Origin: Malacoraja senta
Lineage: Eukaryota
Direction of reading: 5' to 3'
NCBI GenBank assembly: GCA_038087875.1
Contig: JAXLNO010003819.1
Coordinates: forward strand, 248,001 to 312,000
Length of the DNA: 64,000 nt
Part shown: in pieces, positions 10,801 to 23,372 of the stretch
How the letters are laid out: the number at the start of each line of letters is the position of its first letter
How positions within the stretch are numbered: position 1 is the first letter of the stretch
Notes under the pieces: generated by a model
Seen by the model: only the letters and a program-made list of their open reading frames with translations
What the model was told of the DNA's origin: nothing
The model's database searches: none
Made by a program: the position numbers and the translations under genes

Positions 10801-13685
10801 AGCAAGATAGCAATTAATGATTATGATATAACAGATAGCAATTAATGATTATGATATAGTTGGGATCACGGAGACATGGCTCCAGGGTGACCAAGGCTGG
10901 GAGCTGAACATCCAGGGATATTCAATATTCTGGAGGGATAGAGAGAAAGGAAAAGGAGGTGGGGTAGCGTTGCTGGTTAGAGAGGAGATTAACGCAGTGG
11001 AAAGGAAGGACATCAGCTTGGAGGATGTGGAATCGGTATGGGTAGAGCTGCGAAATACTAAGGGGCAGAAAACGCTGGTGGGTGTTGTGTACAGGCCACC
11101 TAGCAGTAGTAGTGAAGTTGGGGATGGCATCAAACAGGAAATTAGAAATGCGTGCAACAAAGGCAAAACAGTTATAATGGGTGACTTCAATCTACATATA
11201 GATTGGGTGAATCAAATTGGGAGGGGTGCTGAGGAAGAGGATTTCTTGGAATGTATGAGGGATAGTTATCTAAACCAACATGTAGAGGAACCAACGAGAG
11301 AGCAGGCTATTCTAGACTGGGTATTGAGTAATGAGGAAGGGTTAGTTAGCAGACTTGTTGTGCGTGCCCCCTTGGGCAAGAGTGACCATAATATGGTTGA
11401 GTTCTTCATTAGGATGGAGAGTGACATTGTTAATTCAGAAACAACGGTTCTGAACTTAAAGAAAGGTAACTTTGAGGGTATGAGACGTGAATTGGCCAAG
11501 ATTGACTGGCAATTAGTTCTAAAAGGGTTGACGGTGGATATGCAATGGAAGGCATTTAAAGACTGCATGGATGAACTACAAAAATTGTTCATCCCAGTTT
11601 GGCAAAAGAATAAATCAGGGAAGGTAGTGCATCCGTGGATAACAAGGGAAATCAGGGATAGTATCAAAGCAAAAGATGATGCGTACAAATTAGCCAGAAA
11701 AAGCAGCATACCAGAGGACTGGGAGAAATTCAGAGACCTGCAGAGGAGGACAAAGGGCTTAATTAGGAAAGGGAAAATAGATTATGAAAGGAAACTGGCA
11801 GGGAACATAAAAACTGACTGCAAAAGTTTTTATAGATATGTGAAGAGAAAGAGATTAGTTAAAACAAATGTAGGTCCCTTGCAGTCAGAAACAGGTGAAT
11901 TGATCATGGGGAACAAGGATATGGCGGACCAATTGAATAACTACTTTGGTTCCGTCTTCACTAAGGAAGACATAAATAATCTGCCGGAAATAGCAGGGGG
12001 CCGCGGGTCAAAGGAGATGGAGGAACTGAGTGAAATCCAGGTTAGTCGGGAAGTGGTGTTGGGTAAATTGAATGGATTAAAGGCCGATAAATCACCAGGG
12101 CCAGATAGGCTGCATCCCAGAGTACTTAAGGAAGTAGCTCCAGAAATAGTGGATGCATTAGTGATAATTTTTCAAAATTCTTTAAATTCTGGAGTAGTTC
12201 CTGAGGATTGGAGGGTAGCAAACGTAACCCCACTTTTTAAGAAGGGAGGGAGAGAGAAAACGGGGAATTACAGACCAGTTAGTCTAACATCGGTAGTGGG
12301 GAAACTGCTAGAGTCAGTTATTAAAGATGGGATAGCAGCACATTTGGAAAGTGGTGAAATCATTCGACAAAGTCAGCATGGATTTACGAAAGGTAAATCG
12401 TGTCTGACGAATCTTATAGAATTTTTCGAGGATGTAACTAGTAGAGTGGATAGGGGAGAACCAGTGGATGTGTTGTATCTGGACTTTCAGAAGGCTTTCG
12501 ACAAGGTACCACATAAGAGATTAGGATACAAACTTAAATCACACGGTATTGGGGGTTCAGTATTGATGTGGATAGAGAACTGGCTGGCAAACAGGAAGCA
12601 AAGAGTAGGAGTAAACGGGTCCTTTTCACAATGGCAGGCAGTGACTAGTGGGGTACCGCAAGGCTCAGTGCTGGGACCCCAGCTATTTACAATTTATATT
12701 AATGATCTGGACGAGGGAATTGAAAGCAACATCTCCAAGTTTGCGGATGACACTAAGCTGGGGGGCAGTGTTAGCTGTGAGAATGATGCTAGGAGACTGC
12801 AAGGTGACTTGGATAGGCTGGGTGAGTGGGCAAATGTTTGGCAGATGCAGTATAATGTGGATAAATGTGAGGTTATCCACTTTGGTGGCAAAAACGGGTA
12901 GGCAGACTATTATCTAAATGGTGGCCGATTAGGAAATGGGGAGGTGCAGCGAGACCTGGGTGTCATGGTACACCAGTCATTGAAAGTAGGCATGCAGGGG
13001 CAGCAGGCAGTGAAGAAAGCGAATGGTATGTTGGCCTTCATAGCAAGAGGATTTGAGTATAGGAGCAGGGAGGTTCTACTGCAGTTGTACAGGGTCTTGG
13101 TGAGACCACACCTGGAGTATTGCGTACAGTTTTGGTCTCCAAATCTGAGGAAGGACATTATAGCCATAGAGGGAGTGCAGAGAAGGTTCACCAGACTGAT
13201 TCCTGGGATGTCAGGACTTTCATATGAAGAAAGACTGGATAGACTTGGCTTATACTCGCTAGAATTTAGGAGATTGAGAGGGGATCTTATAGAAACGTAC
13301 AAAATTCTTATGGGGTTGGACAGGCTAGATGCAGGAAGATTGTTCCCGATGTTGGGGAAGTCCAGGACAAGGGGTCACAGCTTAAGGATAAGGGGGAAAT
13401 CCTTTAAGACCGAGATGAGGAAAAACTTTTTCACACAGAGAGTGGTGAATCTCTGGAACTCTCTGCCACAGAGGGTAGTTGACGCCAGTTCATTGGATAT
13501 ATTTAAGAGGGAGTTAGATGTGGCCCTTGTGGCTAAAGGGATCAGGGGGTATGGAGAGAAGGCAGGTACGGGATACTGAGTTGGATGATCAGCCATGATC
13601 ATATTGAATGGCGGTGCAGGCTCGAAGGGCCGAATGGCCTACTCCTGCACCTATTTTCTATGTTTCTATGTTTCTATGTTTCTAT
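10801..13685 (+). mobile_element. Young 5'-truncated CR1 LINE (APE + RT ORF2) with a single in-frame stop
   Basis: ORFs 10970-12901 and 12944-13579 are in the same frame, separated by TAG at 12899-12901. Motifs GITETWL, GDFN, SDH, QGSVLGP, FADD; tail (TTTCTATG)n. Confidence 0.97.
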
Positions 13686-16340
13686 GCACAGTTATTCCTA
13701 GATCCCTCTGTTCAACTGCATTCCTCAATTCGCTACCATTTACCATGTACGTCCTATTTTGATTTGTCCTGCCGTGATGCAGCACCTCACATTTGTCAGC
13801 ATTAAACTCCATCTGCCATCTTTCAGCCCAGTCTTACAAATGGCCTAAATCTCTCTGTAGACTTTGAAAATCTACTTCATTATCCACAACACCACCTATC
13901 TTAGTATCATCTGCATACTTACTAATCCAATTTTCCACACCATAGATGTACATGACAAACAACAGTGGACCCAACTCAGACCCCTGAGGCACCCCACTAG
14001 TCACCGGCCTCCAACCTGACAAACAGCCATCCACCATCACTCTCTGGCATCTCCCATTCAGCCACTGTTGAATCCATCTTGCTACTCCACCATTAATACC
14101 CAACAATTGAATCTTCTTAACCAACCTTCCATGAGGAACCTTGCCAAAGGCCTTACTGAATTCCATATAGACAACATCCACTGCTTTACCCTCATCAATT
14201 TCCCTAGTAACCTCTTCGAAAAATTCAAGAAGATTAGTCAAGCATGACCTTCCACGCACAAATCCATGTTGACTGTTCCTAATCAGACCCTGGTTATCCA
14301 GATGCTTATATATATTATCTTTAAGTATCCTTTCTATTAATTTGCCCACCACTGACGTCAAACTAACAGGTCTATAATTGCTAGGTTTACTCTTCGAACC
14401 CTTTTTAAACAACGGAACAACATGCGCAGTACGCCAATCCTCCGGCACTTTTCCCGTTTCTAATGACATTTGAAATATTTCTGTCATAGCCCCTGCTATT
14501 TCTACACTAACTTCCCTCAATGTCCTAGGGAATATCCTGTCAGGACCTGGCGACTTATCCGTTTTCATATTTTTCAAAAGTGTCCGCACCTCCTCTTCTT
14601 TGAATCTCACAGTTTCCATTGATACTCTGCTTGTTTCCCTTACCTCACATAATTCCATATCCTTCTCCTTGGTGAATACCGAAGAAAAGAAATTGTTCAA
14701 TATCTCCCCCATCTCTTTTGGCTCTGCAGATAGCTGTCCACTCTGACTCTCTAATGGACACATTTTATTCCTTATTATCCCTTTGCTATTAATATAGCTG
14801 TAGAAACCCTTTCGATTTACTTTCACCTTACTTGCCAAAGCAACCTCATATCTTCTTTTAGCTTTTCTTGTTTCTTTCTTAATATACTTTTTGCATTCTT
14901 TATACTCCCCAAGCGCCTCATTTACTCCATTCTGCCTATAATTATTGTAGATCTCTCTCTTTTTCCGAACCAAGTGTCCAATTTCCCTTGAAAACCATGG
15001 ATCTTTCCAATTTTTACTATTTCCTTTCAACCGAACAGGTACATAAAGATTCTGTACTCCTAAAATTTCACCCTTAAATGTCCTCCATTTCTCTTCTACA
15101 TCCTTCCCATAAAACAACATGTCCCACTTCACTCCTTTTAAATCCTTTCGCATCTCCTCAAAGTTAGCCTTTCTCCAATCAAAAATCTCAATCCTAGGTC
15201 CAGTTCTGACCCTCTCCATAATTGTATTGAAACTAATGGTATTGTGATCACTGGACCGGAAGCGCTCCCCGACGCATACCTCTGCCACCTGCCCTGACTC
15301 ATTTCCTAACAGGAGGTCGAGCACTGCCCGTTCTCTAGTAGGTACCTCTATGTATTGCTGCAAAAAAGTATCCTGCACACATTTTACAAACTCCAAACCA
15401 TCCAGCCCTTTTACAGAATGTGTTTCCCAGTCTATGTGTGGAAAATTGAAATCTCCCACAATCACTACCTTGTGCTTACTACTAATATCTGCCATCTCCT
15501 TACATATTTGCTCTTCCAATTCTCGCTCCCCATTTGGCGGTCTATAATACACCCCTATAAGTGTTGCTACACCTTTCCCATTTCTCAGTTCCACCCAAAT
15601 AGCCTCCCTAGACGAGCCCTCTAATCTATCCTGCCAAAGCACTGCTGTAATAACTTCCTTGACAAGCAATGCAACACCCCCACCTCTTGCCCCTCCAATT
15701 CTGTCACTCCTGAAGCAACGAAATCCTGGAATATTTAGTTTCCAATCACAGCCCTCCTGCAACCATGTTTCACTGATCGCCACAACATCAAACTTCCAGG
15801 TGTCAATCCAGGCTCTAAGCTCATCCACCTTTCTTACAATGCTCCTAGCATTAAAATATACACATTTAAGAAACCCATCACCACTTATTCTCTGTTTATT
15901 ATCTTTTTCTTCTTTCTCCCCTACATTTTGGGTCCGAGTGCTTCCCTTCTCTGCCTCCTGCCTCCCACATTTTCCACTAGCTCTATTTGAGTCCCTCCCC
16001 CCAACCGTTCTAGTTTAAAGTCTCCCCAGTAGCCTTTGCAAATCTGCCCGCCAGGATATTGGTCCCCCTCGGGTTCAAGTGCAACCCGTCCTTTCTGTAC
16101 AGGTCACACCTTCCCCAAAAGAGGTCCCAATGATCCAGAAATTTGAATCCCTGCCCGCTGCACCAGTTCCTCAGCCACGCATTTATCCCCCGCCTCATTC
16201 CATTCCTACTCTCACCGTCGCGTGGCACAGGTAGTAATCCTGAGATTGTTACCTTTGCGGTCCTTCTCCTTAACTCTCCTCCTAACTCCCTAAATTCTCC
16301 TTTCAGGACCTCTTCTCTTTTTCTACCTATGTCGTAACAT
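13685..16340 (-). mobile_element. CR1 LINE: ORF1 SGNH-esterase C-terminus plus ORF2 (APE + RT)
   Basis: ORF 16010-16360 (ISGLLPVPR...FLDHW...DGLHLN) and ORF 13834-15828 (AISETWL, GDFN, YADD). One premature TAA at 13834-13836, after which the frame continues. Confidence 0.95.
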
Positions 16341-16807
16341 ATGTTATCACTAATTCTCACTGATTAAGGTATGTTCATTAGAAAGTCGTGTATCCAATCG
16401 CAAGCTGGAGTGCTGATCGCTAGGCTCGGGAGTTTATCAATGTGTTTGGAAGGGAGTAGTGTAGACGGCAAGTGCTCCAGCGGAGAAATGGGAATCTAAC
16501 GTTCGACTCCTTCCTGCCTGGCTGTTGGAGAGACGGGTTTAGGTCCAGGACGATGGCGTCTGATGCGGAACTGCTGCTGCAATATGCAGTCTGCGGTTCA
16601 TCAAAGGCGGCTGGGGAGGGCTCACGCTACCTGCGTATACCGCTGATAGCTAATGCGCACATCTCCTTAGCACGCACTGAGGGATTGCAAGTAGCGCAGT
16701 CGTTTTCGACCAAATAAACAAAGCGTACCAAAAATTTACCCCCACCCCAAATTAGCATCGCGTTTCCCTTTCATGTAACGAGAGTTTCCTCTTTTCTACT
16801 CCCCCAG

Positions 16808-17696
16808 TGAACTTGTTGGCGATTGTGATCCTGTCCCGCAGAAATTGTGGTCTCTCAAAATGCACCACTCGTTACCTGGTGGCCATGGCGGCGGTGGACC
16901 TCTCAGTGATTGGCTGCGAAGTGATATTACATCGGATTGCCGACGTTTACTGGTGGCGCACATTCTTATTCCACAATACTGTGTGCAGGTGCATTATGTT
17001 CCTCGCTCCCGCCGCCGTTGCCTGTTCGGTTTGGCTCACGGTCGCTTTCACATTTGATCGCTTTGTGGCCATTTCCACTCAGAATCTGAGAACCAGATAC
17101 TGCACCGAAAGAACCGCGGTGGTGGTTATAGTGACCCTAACTGCGTTGTTCTGTTTACAGAACGCTCCCTGGCCGTTTGCGTACACTTATTATCTCAGAG
17201 ATCAGCAGGGTATACAGTGGGGTTGCCGAATACCATATCACTTTTATGTCCTGCCCTATCAACAGCTGCTAATCCCAGTCATTCCATTTTGTTTGATTAT
17301 GCTGATGAACGTGCTCACAGTCAGACGCATTTTAGTGGCCAGTCGTGTCCGCAGAAAACTCCGCGATCTCAGTAGTGAGGACCCCGAGATCCCAAACCGC
17401 AGACGGTCCGTAATTTTACTCCTTGCAATTTCCAGCTGTTTTATGCTGCTCTGGGGCACAAATGTGGCATTTTTCGTTTTCTATCGATGTACGCATTTTG
17501 GTTCAGGGGGTTGAAGAACCGATTTGCAACATTTGAACAAACTGGAATTATGCTACAACTGTTGAACACCTGCACAAACACGCTCATTTCCACCGTGACC
17601 CAGAGGAGGTTCAGAGAGCAGCTGCTCCAGGTACTCAAATGCCCCTTCACCCTAACTGTAAGCTTATTAAAATCGAGAAAACATGGCGTAAAATAA
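16808..17696 (+). pseudogene. GPR139-like class A GPCR, exon 2 only (pseudogene)
   Basis: Acceptor cccccag|TG at 16807; VNLLAIVILSRRNCGLSKCTTRYLVAMA, FTFDRF. Relative to the 38961 copy: 21-nt deletion near 17250 and 4-nt deletion near 17491 (frameshift). No exon 1 found upstream. Confidence 0.85.
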
Positions 17697-18834
17697 AATT
17701 ACAATACTAATCCCTTCCAGAGTGCAAAAACTAGGTAATGAAGCAGTTTCCTCTAAAATCTTTCCTCATCAATTTTCATAAAAATAGCTGGGAAATACAA
17801 TCTGAACCCGTCCCCTGCACTGCAATGCATATTTGGCCATCTATTTAACATGCGAAACGGGCGCGTTGTTCAAAATGTCCAGTGGGGAGGGCGGCCCTGT
17901 GGAACCGAGTGCTATGTTGTACTGGAGCAGACCTCCAATGATTCCGGAATTGAGCCTCGCCGTTAACTGTTTTCACCTTCCTTTGAATCCAGCGGCAACG
18001 TCTCCAGCACGCAATGAAAACAGACATAGAGTTATGGTCCTAAACAGTGCATGCTCCATTGCTCTACAATTCTTTAAGACGTTCCATGGTTACGTATGTA
18101 AGTGCCCAGTGTACAAATGTATTTAATAAAACTCTTGCTGCAACATTTACGTTAATGAGAGTTCGATTTTATTTTTGCTTCTCGCACTGAATGTAACGCC
18201 TCATTGCTTCTTACAGAGGCTTTCGGTTTTCATTACAATTATTAACTCTGCACCAGATGCACCAAAGGTAGTGGGTGCTATTCATACAAGTTGGCATTAC
18301 TAATAATATTTTTAATTCAAGCAGAGTGTAACAAGCGAGTGTCCAGTAGAGGGCGGTAAAGTGAGTACGTTCACCTGTGTGGTAAAGAGATTCTGAATCG
18401 ATTTGCATTAATGTCCCACCTCCATTGAAGCTGCGCCGTCGCTGGAGATCTGCCAATTTGAGATTCGAGGGAGTGCTCAGAGAGTAGGATTTAACTCCGC
18501 CTGCAGGGCAAGGAAATGTGAGAAATCCATTAATTTATTTCCTCCACCGATGGCGGCTGAGATTTTGTATAGCTCTAAATTTGGGTTGAGTACTCTCTCC
18601 CCACATCCTCCGCTCCCGACGCGGTAACGATTACATTTTTACATATTCTGATTGACATTTTCCCCTCGAGGCCGAAAACACCTTCACTGAACATTTTATG
18701 CTTTATTTCTTGACTTATTAACGATTAAAGGTAAGTAAGAAGTTTAAAAACATCAAAAGGCTTTGAATTTAAAACGACCAGCTGCAACTGATGACGTCAC
18801 AATGGCTCGGCTAGCAGTGGTCAGCTTCACTTAC

Positions 18835-19600
18835 TGTTGTGGGACGTATCACTGATGGGGACGACAGAGTATAGAAGAGAGATCGAACGACTGTCCATAT
18901 GGTGCCAACACAATAACCTGGCCCTCAACGCCAGCAAAACCAAGGAACTGATTGTGGAATTTGGAAAGATTAGGATGGGGACCCACAATCCCGTTAATGT
19001 CAACGGGTCGATAGTTGAAAGGGTCAAGAGCTTCAAATTCCTGGGTGTGCTCATCTCTGAAGACCTTTCCTGGTCCGAGAACACTGATGCAATTAATAAT
19101 AAAGCACATCAGCGCCTCTACTTCCTGAGAAGATTACGGGCAGTCAGTTTGTCAAGGAGGACTCTCCCTTACTACTACAGGTGAACAGTAGGGAGCATGC
19201 TGACCGGTTGCATCGTGGCTTGGTTCGGCAACTTGAGCGTACTGGAGCGGAAAAGAGTACAAAACGTAGTAAATACTGCCCAGTCCATCATCGGCTCCCT
19301 TCCATCGAGGGGATCCATCGCAGTCGCTGCCGCAAAAAGGCTGGCAGCATCATCAAGGACCCACACTATCCGGGCCACACACTCATCTCCCCGCTACCTT
19401 CAGGTAGAAGGTACAGGAGCCTGAAGACTGCAACAACCAGGTTCAGCAAAAGCTACTTCCGCACAGCCATCAGGCTATTAAACTCGGCTCGGACAAAACT
19501 CTGAACATTAATAGCCCATTACCTGTTTATTTGCACTTTATCAGTTTACTTATTCATGTGTGTATACATTTATATAATGCTATATGGACACACTGATAGA
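18835..19600 (+). mobile_element. Rex/Babar-like (L2-related) non-LTR RT C-terminal fragment
   Basis: YRREIERLSIWCQHNNLALNASKTKELIVEF...FKFLGV...QRLYFLRRL; LPSGRRYRSL. Confidence 0.85.
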
Positions 19601-19605
19601 CATAG

Positions 19606-21470
19606 TAATATAGAAACATAGAAAATAGGTGGAGGAGGAGGCCATTCGGCCCTTCGAGCCATCACCGCCATTCATTGTGTTCATGGCTGATCGTCCCCTA
19701 TCAATAACCCGTGCCTGCCTTTTCCCATATCCCTTGACTCCATTAGCCCCTAGAGCTCTATCCAACTCTCTATTAAATCCATCCAGTGATTTGGCCTCCA
19801 CTGCCCTCTGTGGCAGGGAATTCAATAAATTCACAACTCTCTGGGTGAAAACGGTTTTTCTCACCTCAGTCTTAAATGACCTCCCCTTTATTCTGAGACT
19901 GTGGCCCCTGGTTCTGGACTCGCCCAACATTGGTAATATTTTTCCTGCATCTAGCTTGTCCAGTCCTTTCATAATTTTACATGTTTCTATAAGATGCCGC
20001 CTCATCCTTCGAAACTCCAGTGAATACAAGCCTAGTCTTTTCAATCTTTCCTCATATAACAGTCCCGCCATCCCAGGGATCAATCTGGTGAACCTACGCT
20101 GCACTGCCTCAATCACAAGGATGTCCTTCCTCAAATTTGGAGACCAAAACTGTGCACAATACTCCAGATGTGGTCTCACCAGACCCTATACAACTGCAGA
20201 TGAACCTCTTTACTCCTATACAGAAATCCTCTTGTTATGAATGCCAACATTCCATTAGCTTTCTTCACTGCCTGCTGTACCTGCACGTCAACTTTCAGTG
20301 ACCGGTGCACAAGGACGCCCAGGTCTTGCTGTACCACCCTCTTACCTAACCTAACCCCATTGAGATGATAATCTGCCTCCTTGTTTTTGCCGCCAAAGTG
20401 GATAACATCACATTTATCTATATTATACTGCATCTGCCACGCCTCTGCCCACTCACTCAACCTGTCCATGTCACCCTGCATCCTCCTAACATCCTCTTTA
20501 TAGTTCACACTGCCAACCAGCTTTGTGTCATCCGCAAACTTACTACGTTGCTCCTAATTCCGTCTTCCAAATCATTAATATATATGGTAAACAGTTGCGG
20601 CCCCAACACCGAGTCTTGCCGCACTCCACTCGCCACTGCCTGCCATTATGAAAAGGACCCGGTCACTCCTACTCTTTGCTTCCGGTCTGCCAACCAATTT
20701 TCTATCCATGTCAACACCCTACCCCCAAACCATGTGCTCTAATCTTAGTCACCAGTCTCCCATGCGGGGCCGTATCAAAGGCTTTCTGAAAGTCTAGATA
20801 CACTACATCCAGTTGGATCCCTTCATCCATTTTACTTGCCACATCCTCAAAAAATTCCAGAAGATTAGTCAAGCATGATTTCCCTTTCATAAATCTATTT
20901 TCACTAGGACTAATCCTTTTACTGCTGTCCAAATGCCCCATTATTACCTCTTTAATAATTGACTCCAGCATCTTTCCCACCACCGAAGTCAGGCTAACTG
21001 GTCTGTAATTCCCCGTATTCTCTCTCGCTCTTTTCTTGAAAAGTGGGATAACATTAGCTATCCTCCAATCCACAGGAACTGATCCTGAATCTATTGATCA
21101 TTGGAAAATGATCACCAATGCGTCCACTATTTCTAGAGCCACCTCCCTGAGGACCCTGGGAAGCAGACCATCAGGCCCAGGGGATTTATCTTCCTTCAGT
21201 CCCATTAGCCAACCCAATACTATTTCACGCCTAATGAATATTTCTTTCAGTTGCTCTACCCCCTTAGATCCTCTGTCCTCCAGTACATCTGGGAGATTGT
21301 TTCTGTCTTCCTTAGTAAAGACAAATCCAAAGTACCTGTTCAACTCTTCTTCCATTTCCTTGTGCCCATAATAATTTCACCCGTGTCTGCCTTCAAGGGA
21401 CCCACATTTGACTTTGCTACTATTTTCCCCTTAACATATCTTAAGAAGCTTTTTTTACTGTCCTTCTGTA
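19606..21470 (-). mobile_element. CR1, 3' part of a near-full-length element (19606-~26200)
   Basis: Minus-strand ORFs 19580-20179, 20176-20508, 20711-21073 and 21098-21355 are consecutive ORF2 pieces; (CATAGAAA) tail near 19610. Confidence 0.92.
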
Positions 21471-21474
21471 TATT

Positions 21475-22195
21475 CCTTTTTTTTTGGATTAATATTTTTA
21501 TTAGAAGCAAACATCTTATAAAGTATAGTAACATATTATAATAGAAAATAAACTTTTCATATACATCAATCATACATTATTAAAATTGTCAATTGTCGAT
21601 TAATTCTGCTTCTAGTGTTTTTTTTATATAGATAGAAAAAGAGAGGTAGAAAGAAAAAAGCATTACAAATATCGAAAAAAAGAGGTGGAATAAGTTACTT
21701 ATAATACGTCATTGGAGATAAGTTCGTAGTTATGAACTATAATTTTACATCTAATCCTGAGTTCAAGCTTCTGTTGGGTTTTCGTGCTGGGCCCATCTAT
21801 CCCTTCAAATAGTTAATGAATGGAGCCCATATTTTAACAAAAAGTTCTTGTTTGTCCATTAAGACAAGTCTAATTCTTTCTAGATGTAGGGTCTCCGACA
21901 TTTCCACAATCCACATTTTAATTGTGGGGGTTATAGGACCTTTCCAAAATTTTAATATGAATTTTCTCCCAGTTATTATACTGTAGTCAAGGAAGTTTCT
22001 TTGGCTTGTTGTGAGTGTTAAACTTTGTTCTGATATCCCAAGTATTATTAATTTTGAGTCTGGATCCAATTTAGTATTAACAATTTCAGAAATTATTTCA
22101 AAAACATCAATCCAGAAATTTTTGATTTTTATACAATTTGCAAAAGTATGTGTTAAATTGGCCTCTAGATGTAGGCATTTATCCTATATAATGAT
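21475..22195 (-). mobile_element. L1-clade LINE 3' fragment nested in CR1
   Basis: Minus strand DKCLHLEANLTHTFANCIKIKNFW (ORF2 CCHC knuckle), then ORF 21797-22069 ...FVKIWAPFINYL; AT-rich 3' UTR and poly(A) (T run at 21477-21487). Confidence 0.85.
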
Positions 22196-23372
22196 AAATA
22201 CCTTCCGGCTACTCTTTGCTGTGTTATACATCTTTTCTTTTAGTTATATTCTATCTCTAACTTCTTTTGTCAACCACGGTTGCCTCCTAACCCCCTTAGA
22301 ATCGTTCTGCCTTTATGGAATGAAATGATCCTGCGTCTTCCGGATTATGCCCAGAAATTCCTACCATTGCTGTTCCACCGTCATTCCTGCTAGGATCCCC
22401 ATCCTGTCTACTTTGGTCAGCTCTCCTCTCATGCCTTCATAGTCCCCTTTGTTCAACTGCATCACTGCCACTTCCGATTTTACGTTCTCCTTCTCAAATT
22501 GCAGATTAAAACTAATCATATTATGATCACTACCACCAAGCGGTTCCTTTACCTCGAGTTCTCTTATCATAACTGGTTCACTGGACAGCACTAAATCCAG
22601 AATTGCCTTTTCTCTGGTGGGCTCCATTACAAGCTGCTCTAAGAATCCATCTCGGAGGCATTCTACAAACATCTATTTCTTGGGGTCCTGAACCAACCTG
22701 ATTTTACCAGTCTACCTGCATATTGAAATCCCCCATCACCACAGTGGAATTACCTTTGTTACATGCCAGTTTTAACTCCTGCTGCAACTTACACCCTGCA
22801 TCCGGGCTACTATTTGGGGATCTGTAAATAACACCAATTCGTGTCTTCTTGCCTTTGCAATTCATCAACTCAATCCACAGTGACTCTACCTCGTCAGTCT
22901 ATATGTGTTCCCTCGCAAGGGTCTGAATTCCCTCCCTCACCAGCAAAGCTACCCCCCTCCTCTGCCCACCTGCTACCCCCCTCCTCTGCCCACCTGCCTG
23001 TCCTTTCTATAGGATGTATAACCCTGAATATTAAGTTCCCAGGCCCTATCCTCCTGCAGCCATGTCTCAATAATCCCCACAATGTCATATCTACCAACCC
23101 CTAACTGAGCCTCAAGCTCATCTACTGTACTTCTTATACTTCGCGCATTCATATACAATACTTTTAATTCCTTACGCATCTCACCTTTCACATCGATCCC
23201 TATTACAATTGGCCATACTCTCCTATCCCTTTGTGAGCTTTCCTTCCCGTTAATTCTGGGGTCATTAACCATCCCTTTACTCTCTTTCCCTTTAACTCCA
23301 TCCTCGACTATCCCATTTGACACCCCACCCACCTTATTCAGTTTAAAACCACCCGTGTAGCAGTGGCAAACT
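22196..23372 (-). mobile_element. CR1 ORF2 APE domain part (same element)
   Basis: ORFs 22361-22672 and 22973-23527: LYMNARSI, DIVGIIETWL, GGSDHN. Confidence 0.9.

Noticed and set aside
11266-13302. Antisense ORFs over CR1 (also 19629-20240, 28787-29179, 44145-44660, 56896-57375)
   Set aside because: Shadow frames of conserved CR1 coding sequence.
22948-22995. 24-nt tandem duplication (RWAEEGGS twice)
   Set aside because: Local slippage within a dead CR1 APE region.
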